Shown: positions 11,661 through 20,757 of the stretch, piece after piece
Numbering within the stretch: position 1 is the stretch's first letter
Layout of the letters: every line of letters begins with the position of its first letter
Origin: Macrostomum lignano
Taxonomy: Eukaryota
Direction: 5' to 3'
DNA: 64,000 nucleotides
NCBI GenBank assembly: GCA_002269645.1
Contig: NIVC01003573.1
Location: 26,544 to 90,543, forward strand
Program-made: the position numbers and the translations under genes
Notes under the pieces: model-generated
Told to the model about the DNA's origin: nothing
Database searches by the model: none
Seen by the model: the letters and a program-made list of their open reading frames with translations, nothing else

Positions 11661-13591
11661 AATCTAGTCAATTACAGTTGAAGGAATACAATGGATTGCT
11701 AATCTAGCCAATCACAGTTGAAGTAATACAATGGATTGCTAATCTAGTCAATTACAGTTGAAGTAATACAATGGATTGCTAATCTAGTCAATTACAGTTG
11801 AAGTAATACAATGGATTGCTAATCTAGTCAATTACAGTTGAAGGAATACAATGGATTGCTAATCTAGCCAATCACAGTTGAAGTAATACAATGGATTGCT
11901 AATCTAGTCAATCACAGTTGAAGGAATACAATGGATTGCTAATCTAGCCAATCACAGTTGAAGTAATACAATGGATTGCTAATCTAGTCAATTACAGTTG
12001 AAGTAATACAATGGATTGCTAATCTAGCCAATCACAGTTGAAGTAATACAATGGATTGCTAATCTAGTCAATTACAGTTGAAGGAATACAATGGATTGCT
12101 AATCTAGCCAATCACAGTTGAAGTAATACAATGGATTGCTAATCTAGTCAATCACAGTTGAAGTAATACAATGGATTGCTAATCTAGTCAATTACAGTTG
12201 AAGGAATACAATGGATTGCTAATCTAGCCAATCACAGTTGAAGTAATACAATGGATTGCTAATCTAGTCAATTACAGTTGAAGTAATACAATGGATTGCT
12301 AATCTAGCCAATCACAGTTGAAGTAATACAATGGATTGCTAATCTAGTCAATCACAGTTGAAGTAATACAATGGATTGCTAATCTAGTCAATTACAGTTG
12401 AAGGAATACAATGGATTGCTAATCTAGCCAATCACAGTTGAAGTAATACAATGGATTGCTAATCTAGTCAATTACAGTTGAAGGAATACAATGGATTGCT
12501 AATCTAGCCAATCACAGTTGAAGTAATACAATGGATTGCTAATCTAGTCAATTACAGTTGAAGGAATACAATGGATTGCTAATCTAGCCAATCACAGTTG
12601 AAGTAATACAATGGATTGCTAATCTAGTCAATTACAGTTGAAGTAATACAATGGATTGCTAATCTAGCCAATCACAGTTGAAGTAATACAATGGATTGCT
12701 AATCTAGTCAATTACAGTTGAAGTAATACAATGGATTGCTAATCTAGTCAATCACAGTTGAAGTAATACAATGGATTGCTAATCTAGTCAATTACAGTTG
12801 AAGTAATACAATGGATTGCTAATCTAGCCAATCACAGTTGAAGTAATACAATGGATTGCTAATCTAGTCAATTACAGTTGAAGTAATACAATGGATTGCT
12901 AATCTAGCCAATCACAGTTGAAGTAATACAATGGATTGCTAATCTAGTCAATTACAGTTGAAGGAATACAATGGATTGCTAATCTAGCCAATCACAGTTG
13001 AAGTAATACAATGGATTGCTAATCTAGTCAATTACAGTTGAAGGAATACAATGGATTGCTAATCTAGCCAATCACAGTTGAAGTAATACAATGGATTGCT
13101 AATCTAGTCAATTACAGTTGAAGTAATACAATGGATTGCTAATCTAGCCAATCACAGTTGAAGTAATACAATGGATTGCTAATCTAGTCAATTACAGTTG
13201 AAGTAATACAATGGATTGCTAATCTAGTCAATCACAGTTGAAGTAATACAATGGATTGCTAATCTAGTCAATTACAGTTGAAGTAATACAATGGATTGCT
13301 AATCTAGCCAATCACAGTTGAAGTAATACAATGGATTGCTAATCTAGTCAATTACAGTTGAAGTAATACAATGGATTGCTAATCTAGCCAATCACAGTTG
13401 AAGTAATACAATGGATTGCTAATCTAGTCAATTACAGTTGAAGGAATACAATGGATTGCTAATCTAGCCAATCACAGTTGAAGTAATACAATGGATTGCT
13501 AATCTAGTCAATTACAGTTGAAGTAATACAATGGATTGCTAATCTAGCCAATCACAGTTGAAGTAATACAATGGATTGCTAATCTAGTCAA
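11661..13591 (+). repeat. 40-bp satellite (AATCTAGTCAATTACAGTTGAAGTAATACAATGGATTGCT)n, ~48 copies
   Basis: Visible array truncated abruptly by the PLE 5' end at 13592. Confidence 0.98.
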
Positions 13592-14644
13592 CTGCTCTCT
13601 CCGCCCAGGGACTGAAACCGGCTTCTGGTTTTTTAATCTCTCAGAGCCTGTCCTGTGGCTCCAAGAGCATCATCTATGGCATCTCCTGCAACCAGTGCCA
13701 CCCTGGGAAAATCTTCTATGTAGGGATGACTAGAAGAACAATGAGAGATAGAATGAACCAGCACAGGTCAAATTTTAACAGGAGAGTCGTAACTTCGGGG
13801 TCTGAGCACTTTCTCACCCCCAATCACTCGATTGCAAACTTTGTCTCCATTGCTATCGAACATGTTCTTAATAACAACAAAATCGAACTAAGGGAAGAAA
13901 TCTGGATTAAAAAACTAGGGACTGACAAACCGCCAGGCACGAACATCAGGGTCGACAATCATCTTCTCCGACCCATCCCAATGGTCCTTCCTTTTCACCC
14001 ATCTACGGTCTGGCTTGCCAACGAGATTGCTAAAAACTTTGATAAGCTACAAAATAAACCAGGCTCCCGCATACTGCCCGCTTTTACACGGCAACGTAAC
14101 TTACAGAGCCTCCTGGCTCCCAATAAGTTCAAGTCTCAGCCAGGAAACATTTAATCATTTTAACCAATGCGCTATTTTTACCCTATTAAAGTACTCGTAC
14201 AATATTTATTCACGTGTCATTTATTTTATTTTATTCAAACTGCTTAATTGTACGCTCAGTATTGATTTTTATGCTCCTACCCCAATACCGGCATTTCATC
14301 TAATCGTATAGTATCGCATATCGCATAGTACTTCGAAATAACAATTTTTTTATTACAAATATACTGTCGTTTAAAATGAATGGTGGAAAGCCTCTGGGAC
14401 AAGTTAGAGCTAGGCAAAACAGGGTTTTAAATGTACATCCCTCATATGTACAACTACTCATCAATTCTATCAGACTAAGAAAAATAATACTTAAAAGACC
14501 AACTTGCATTGCATGACACACAGATTTTTTGGCCTGACGAAGAGCCCAGAGGCTCGAAACCGGTAGCCCATATTAAATTAATTAAGTCTTTTGATTTTTT
14601 TAAACACGCCGTGACCTCTCTTCTCTCTCTCTCTACCTCTCTCC
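13592..14644 (+). repeat. 5' pseudo-LTR (truncated copy of the element 3' end: EN C-terminal half, 3' UTR, ribozyme, CT tail)
   Basis: Matches 18533-19585; the one difference I noticed is T13774 vs A18715 (NFN vs NIN in the ORF track). Confidence 0.95.
14531..14568 (+). ncRNA. Minimal type I hammerhead ribozyme (copy 1)
   Basis: GGC-CUGACGA-A-GAGCC-caga-GGCUC-GAA-ACCGGU-A-GCC: conserved core, 5-bp stem II, palindromic ACCGGT stem III, GUA cleavage triplet (cut after 14565), 3-bp stem I. Confidence 0.9.
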
Positions 14645-14684
14645 TGCCTATGCCTAGCTTGCTCTAGTGCCCGTGCATCATACT

Positions 14685-16871
14685 ATGGAGAATCCCTCCA
14701 GGAGATGGAGAGGTCGCACGTTCTACAACAGTAACTACCAAAAACAGAACAGGAGACAACCTAGAAAGAACGAACACCTGGATGACGCCTCCAAACAAGC
14801 CAGACTGCTTTTGGACAAACTCCTGAGATGCTACCACCATCGGGCAGTCATCGAATCTATTATTGTCGAGCCACAACGGGCCTATGGCTCTCTTCAACAA
14901 GCCGCACGATCACTGGACCAGGCCTTTCGCCCTGCATTCGCGTCCGACAAACTCCTACAAGACCTACAGGCAGCGAATGTTGCCCACATCGAGAGCTCAC
15001 TACTGAAGATCCTGACACACTACGATGCGGCAACCGAAGAGTCTGAAAATCTACTGCGACAACTCTGTAACGACAAAGGACCACCAGATCTAGCCTCAGT
15101 GGCGCGACAAGTCATCCACCATGTGGGCCTCCGCTGCAAACTTGATGCCTCGACCGTCTCAAAATTTCTGGATCGGTTGAATTCTCTGTCTAATGACCCC
15201 TCTGTTATTGACCTACTCGCTACGCCTGCCGCTGCTGCACCGACCATGACCTCGGTGGAGGAATCTCAACCACGCCAGGAGGGCACGGACTTCTGGAACC
15301 TAGATGACGAGTCAACTGTCAGCCTGAACAATTTCTTTCTGCAAAAGAACCAAGCGGATCGACTGGAGTCATTCCTGGCCAAGGAAGTCGCTCCCCTAGC
15401 CTGTCGGCATTCTTCAGCGTCAGGACGACCGGAACCACGACTGATTGCTTGGTTCGGCCCTGACTACAGCTACTCGGGTCGACAACTACGATCAAACGGG
15501 CCGATCCCCTCAGGGCTCCAACCTCTACTCGAGTCCGTTGAAACTGCGACAGGAAAGCGCTTCAACTCGGTCCTCGTCAACGTGTACCAGAACGGCTCCC
15601 AATTCGTCGGCTGGCATGCCGATGACGAAGCCGTGCTTGGCGAACGACCCTTCATCGCTTCAGTGTCAATCGGGTGCACCAGAACCTTCGAGCTAAAAGC
15701 TAAGTCAGCGACTTCGCCTTGTCTATCTCTCGATCTATTTCATGGCAGTCTTCTGACCATGTCAGGCGACTGTCAGGCCAACTTTTTTCATCGAATTCCC
15801 CCGCAACACCACAAACGTGGCCGCCGATTCAACTTGACCTTCCGCTGGACTCACGAAGATCCCAACACCGGTGCCACCGGGGCTTCCCTGGCCCCATCTG
15901 CACCCAGTGCCACCAAGACAGCCACTCCCAACACCGCAGTCCCTCTGACTGCAAGCATGGCACCAGTCGATCTCGACGAGAGCGCCCAATCTGCCGAACA
16001 TCGTAGGATCCCAGAGGACGTCTGCTCCAACAACGACACCACGACAGCCAGCACGATCGCAGCATCTAGCAATGAGCCCACGGCAAGCACGAGCACGGAG
16101 ACCAACGCCGACTCGGTAGTGGACGGCGGCGCGACGACCATCGGGGACGTGGCAGCGAGCGCCGATGCGACGATCAGCAACGACCCCTCAGCGGCTGCGG
16201 GTGCGGCTTCGGACGGCAGTCCGGCGGCAGGCGGGACCACCGAAGTCGCCTCACCTGAGAACGGCTGTACGTCGGCAGCTGACGACCTCTTTGTGACCCC
16301 GCCTCTTCCACGGGTGGGACTGCCTGCTTCACCTGCCAAACGCCGCTTACCATCGCCGGACTCTGAAGACTCCCCTGGTGGTCCGGAACGCCACAGGCCG
16401 CATCTGAATGACTCACCCAGCACCTTTGAGCAACCTGTTTCGCTCATCATCAGCAGGGACTGCCGGAACCTGGTACTCTGCCCAAAGCCTTTCGAGGGCC
16501 TCAAACTGCCGGCAATCACAGAGGTACATGAGTACTCACTGTCAGCCTTACCATCTCTACTGAGGTCGGCTGCCCTGCGGAACCGGCAATGCGCTCAGTC
16601 AACGGTGCTGGTCCTGCCGGACGAGCTGCTCAGCACAGACCACTGGCGAGAGTTGCTCTCTGAGGCTATCGATCTACTCAGAGCGGACAGTCTGACACGT
16701 AAGATCCTTCTGGTTCCGTCCTTTGCCAGCGGTGAAGAATTGACTCAATATCTGAGTAAGAAACTCTCACCTGTTACTCTTATTGCCTCTCCTCCTCTTA
16801 AACCAATTGTATCCTTCTCAGCGCCGGACTTTATACTGGCGCTGGCTTCCTGGCTGAGAACTTTAAACTAG
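14685..16871 (+). CDS. PLE ORF1, 728 aa from first ATG: helical N-terminal domain, AlkB-family 2OG-Fe(II) dioxygenase, A/T/S-rich linker, C-terminal globular domain
   Basis: Uninterrupted ORF; 15429-15848 encodes PRLIAWFG..YSYSG, FNSVLVNVY..G...VGWHADDE, IASVSIGCTRTF, HGSLLTM, HRIP, RFNLTFR, the ALKBH2/3-type HxD...H and RxNxTFR motifs. Confidence 0.92.
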   Translation: MENPSRRWRGRTFYNSNYQKQNRRQPRKNEHLDDASKQARLLLDKLLRCYHHRAVIESIIVEPQRAYGSLQQAARSLDQAFRPAFASDKLLQDLQAANVAHIESSLLKILTHYDAATEESENLLRQLCNDKGPPDLASVARQVIHHVGLRCKLDASTVSKFLDRLNSLSNDPSVIDLLATPAAAAPTMTSVEESQPRQEGTDFWNLDDESTVSLNNFFLQKNQADRLESFLAKEVAPLACRHSSASGRPEPRLIAWFGPDYSYSGRQLRSNGPIPSGLQPLLESVETATGKRFNSVLVNVYQNGSQFVGWHADDEAVLGERPFIASVSIGCTRTFELKAKSATSPCLSLDLFHGSLLTMSGDCQANFFHRIPPQHHKRGRRFNLTFRWTHEDPNTGATGASLAPSAPSATKTATPNTAVPLTASMAPVDLDESAQSAEHRRIPEDVCSNNDTTTASTIAASSNEPTASTSTETNADSVVDGGATTIGDVAASADATISNDPSAAAGAASDGSPAAGGTTEVASPENGCTSAADDLFVTPPLPRVGLPASPAKRRLPSPDSEDSPGGPERHRPHLNDSPSTFEQPVSLIISRDCRNLVLCPKPFEGLKLPAITEVHEYSLSALPSLLRSAALRNRQCAQSTVLVLPDELLSTDHWRELLSEAIDLLRADSLTRKILLVPSFASGEELTQYLSKKLSPVTLIASPPLKPIVSFSAPDFILALASWLRTLN
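16862..16868 (+). promoter_or_regulatory. Candidate -1 ribosomal frameshift slippery heptamer T-TTA-AAC
   Basis: Phased as X XXY YYZ in the ORF1 frame (ACT TTA AAC TAG) directly before the ORF1 stop; the -1 frame is open from 16802 into the RT ORF. Confidence 0.6.
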
Positions 16872-19095
16872 CTGACTACTGTAGGCCTCCCAAACTGGAA
16901 GGCAACATTTTGAATCTACACCCTACCTTCAAACTCTCCGAGTCTGAGACGAGGCTGCTAGATAGGGGACTCAATTTTATCCCAACCCAAGCCCTTGATT
17001 TCGATGAGTTGAGGAACTGCATGACGGAATTTCATCGTAAACTTTTCTGGAAAGACTTTTTCAAAAAGAGGGGTCTCGCCAATACCAGCCCGCCCCCCTT
17101 CACCGGGAAATCAGGGAAGGAGGTTCCCCTCAGACTTAGAAGGGATGAGTGCAACTTGTTGGTACTTGAGAACCAAAATCTGGTAGAGAATTTGACAACG
17201 GTACAGATCAAAGGCAACCTAGAGGCACCAGAGACCAGGGCCATTCAGAGGCTCAAGCGAAACAGCTCCGTCCTTATAAAAAAGGCGGACAAAGGCAACG
17301 CAGTGGTCATCATGCACCCTAAGGACTACGAATTTGCAGCCTACAACCAACTGTTGACACTGATGCCTATCAACAGCTGGACCAGCCATTGCAACCCGGA
17401 CTGCGGAGCTTATTAGGGGGATCTTCCTCAATTTATGTAACAGAAAGTTCATATCTAAGAAACAGTGTGCATTTCTTTGTCCCGGAGAGAACTTCCGTCC
17501 CCGGCATTTCTACCTACTCCCAAAAATTCACAAGGACCCGGCCACCTGGCTGATCCCCTTTCGGGTCCCAGCAGGCAGACCTATCGTTAGCGGATGCAGT
17601 TCTGAAGCAATTGGGGCAGAAAAGTACATAGACTTCTTTCTAAAACCGATTGCCCAAGCGCAACCCACTTTCATTAAGGACTCCTATGACTTCAAGGCAC
17701 ACCTTTGGATAAATGCTGCACGGAAGGTTCGACTCTGGCAACCTGTGATGTCCAGAGTCTGTACTCCATGATCCCTTTAGACCAGGGCATTGCAGCGATC
17801 CAGGAATTCTTTAACCGATACCCGGATCCCATTAGACCGGATGCTGAAATAATAAAGCTACTGGAATTGTGTTTGTACAGGAATGACTTTGAATTTGACA
17901 AAATGATTTTCCTACAACTTAGAGGTACAGCCATGGGGCGCATATTTGCGCCCAGCTATGCCTGTCTCTTCATGAGCCTCTGGGAGGAAACTGCCCTGAG
18001 AACTGCTCTTTATAAGCCGAACATCTATTTTAGGTACATAGATGATATCTTCATTCACTGGGACCACCCGGCTGAAACTCTGACAGAATTTGTTGTACAC
18101 CTAAATTCAATCAACCCCAACATCAAACTCACCGTCAGCTCCTCATCAACTGAGGTCAGTTTCCTTGACATGACCATCAGGAAAGCTGAAAACCGCTTCA
18201 CAACACAACTGTTTTCAAAAGAAACAGACACTCATAGATTGTTGCACCGACAGTCCTTCCATCCGTCACACACCTTCAAGGGGTAGTAAAATCCCAAATC
18301 CTTCGGTACGCTCGTATATGTGATGACTACAAGTCTTTCAACGATGCTTTCAATTCTTTAAAATCGGAACTCAAGCAATTAGGCTACTCGAAGATTTTTC
18401 TTAGAAACTGCAAAAAGGATGTCCTCATACTTATGAACTGGACTGCAGGACCAACGACCAATCTGGGTCTGCTTCCCAAAGGGTTCCATCCCTGTGGGTC
18501 ATCCCGCTGCAAATGCTGCACCCACTCACCGCCTGCTCTCTCCGCCCAGGGACTGAAACCGGCTTCTGGTTTTTTAATCTCTCAGAGCCTGTCCTGTGGC
18601 TCCAAGAGCATCATCTATGGCATCTCCTGCAACCAGTGCCACCCTGGGAAAATCTTCTATGTAGGGATGACTAGAAGAACAATGAGAGATAGAATGAACC
18701 AGCACAGGTCAAATATTAACAGGAGAGTCGTAACTTCGGGGTCTGAGCACTTTCTCACCCCCAATCACTCGATTGCAAACTTTGTCTCCATTGCTATCGA
18801 ACATGTTCTTAATAACAACAAAATCGAACTAAGGGAAGAAATCTGGATTAAAAAACTAGGGACTGACAAACCGCCAGGCACGAACATCAGGGTCGACAAT
18901 CATCTTCTCCGACCCATCCCAATGGTCCTTCCTTTTCACCCATCTACGGTCTGGCTTGCCAACGAGATTGCTAAAAACTTTGATAAGCTACAAAATAAAC
19001 CAGGCTCCCGCATACTGCCCGCTTTTACACGGCAACGTAACTTACAGAGCCTCCTGGCTCCCAATAAGTTCAAGTCTCAGCCAGGAAACATTTAA
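16862..19095 (+). pseudogene. PLE ORF2 (RT plus GIY-YIG endonuclease, ~740 aa), broken in this sequence by four apparent 1-nt deletions
   Basis: Motifs LLDRGLNFIPT, KKADKGNAVV, FYLLPKIHK, GRPIVS, TCDVQSLYS, GTAMG, FRYIDDIF, HPCGSSRCKCC, IIYGISCNQC..YVGMT. Frame switches near 17355, 17399, 17704 and 18283. Confidence 0.9.
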
Positions 19096-19585
19096 TCATT
19101 TTAACCAATGCGCTATTTTTACCCTATTAAAGTACTCGTACAATATTTATTCACGTGTCATTTATTTTATTTTATTCAAACTGCTTAATTGTACGCTCAG
19201 TATTGATTTTTATGCTCCTACCCCAATACCGGCATTTCATCTAATCGTATAGTATCGCATATCGCATAGTACTTCGAAATAACAATTTTTTTATTACAAA
19301 TATACTGTCGTTTAAAATGAATGGTGGAAAGCCTCTGGGACAAGTTAGAGCTAGGCAAAACAGGGTTTTAAATGTACATCCCTCATATGTACAACTACTC
19401 ATCAATTCTATCAGACTAAGAAAAATAATACTTAAAAGACCAACTTGCATTGCATGACACACAGATTTTTTGGCCTGACGAAGAGCCCAGAGGCTCGAAA
19501 CCGGTAGCCCATATTAAATTAATTAAGTCTTTTGATTTTTTTAAACACGCCGTGACCTCTCTTCTCTCTCTCTCTACCTCTCTCC
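18533..19585 (+). repeat. 3' pseudo-LTR
   Basis: Direct repeat of 13592-14644, overlapping the GIY-YIG coding region as is typical of PLEs. Confidence 0.95.
19472..19509 (+). ncRNA. Minimal type I hammerhead ribozyme (copy 2)
   Basis: Identical to copy 1, 4941 nt downstream; predicted cut after 19506. Confidence 0.9.
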
Positions 19586-20757
19586 CTTTCTATCCCTCTC
19601 TCTCCCTCTCCCTCTCTCACCCTCTCTCCCTCTCACTCTCTCCCTCTCTATCCCTCTCTCTCTCCCTCTCTCCCTCTCTATCCCTCTCTCTCCCTCTCTC
19701 CGTCTCTATCCCTCTCTCTTACTCTCTCCTTCTCAATCCCTCTCTCTCCCTCTCTCTCCCTCTCTCCCTCTCACTCTCTCCCTCTCTATCCCTCTCTCTC
19801 CCTCTCTCCCTCTCTATCCCTCTCTCTCCCTCTCTCCGTCTCTATCCCTCTCTCTTACTCTCTCCTTCTCAATCCCTCTCTATCCCTCTCTCCCTCTCTC
19901 ACTCTCTCACTCTCCCCCTCTCTCCCTCTCTCCCTCTCTATCCCTCTCTCTCCCTCTCCCTCTTTCCCTCTCTCCCTCTCTATCCCTCTCTCTCCCTCTC
20001 CCTCTCTCACCCTCTCTCCCTCTCACTCTCTCCCTCTCTATCCCTCTCTCTCCCTCTCTCCCTCTCTATCCCTCTCTCTCCCTCTCTCCGTCTCTATCCC
20101 TCTCTCTTACTCTCTCCTTCTCAATCCCTCTCTCTCCCTCTCTCCCTCTCTCACTCTCTCACTCTCCCCCTCTCTCCCTCTCTCCCTCTCTCCCTCTCTC
20201 CCTCTCTCCCTCTCTCCCTCTCTCCCTCTATCCCTCTCTCTCCTTCTCTTCCTCTCTCTTTCATTCTCTCCATCTCTATCCCTCTCTCCCTCTCTTCCTC
20301 TCTTCACTATCTCCCTCTCTCTGTCCCTTCTCTCCCTCTGTCTCACTCTCTCCTCTCTCCCCGTCTCTCCCCCTCTCCCTCTCTTTCTCTTCCTACTCCG
20401 TCACCCAGTCTCTCTCCTCTAGCCCTAAACTGCAACTAATCATCAAACGCTCACAGTAGTCAAGCAATCAGTCAGCATCAATTCCCTGGCTAATCAACCC
20501 TGAGGCAATTTAGAAATTTCATTCAAGAGAAAACTTCACCTTTTCGACTCAAATGATGCTGCATAGGAGCAAAGGTAATTTTTAATTGGCGTTACGCAAT
20601 AAAGGTTAAGGAGGTTGCTTGAGTCAACTGCCTTGTTAGTAGATCGGATATCTAAAAAAATTCTTAAATTCTTAACTTTCTTCATTTAGTCACTAAGGCA
20701 GTTTTGGGACTAAAGTCTCCATAAAAGCAGGAGCTTCCTAAATTAAAGATGTCAATT
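19577..20757 (+). repeat. Second copy of host CT tract plus unique sequence (duplicate of 10481-11660)
   Basis: Unique segment 11341 onward matches 20438 onward (offset ~9097). Confidence 0.93.

Larger units (their letters stand above)
13592..19585 (+). mobile_element. Penelope-like retroelement (EN+, C-terminal GIY-YIG) with pseudo-LTRs, hammerhead ribozymes and an AlkB-containing ORF1
   Basis: PLE-type RT and GIY-YIG motifs, a 1053-bp direct repeat at offset 4941, and a hammerhead in each repeat. Confidence 0.95.

Noticed and set aside
14664-16519. Antisense and alternate-frame ORFs over PLE ORF1 (e.g. 15851-16519)
   Set aside because: Shadow ORFs of a GC-rich coding region with no recognisable motifs.
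17414-18286. Selenocysteine or stop read-through in the PLE RT, as reported for some Naiad PLEs
   Set aside because: The interrupting stops are TAG and lie out of frame after 1-nt deletions; conserved motifs continue in other frames.
13592-19585. LTR retrotransposon
   Set aside because: The repeats include EN coding sequence, with no TG..CA ends, PBS, protease or integrase; RT and GIY-YIG are PLE-type.
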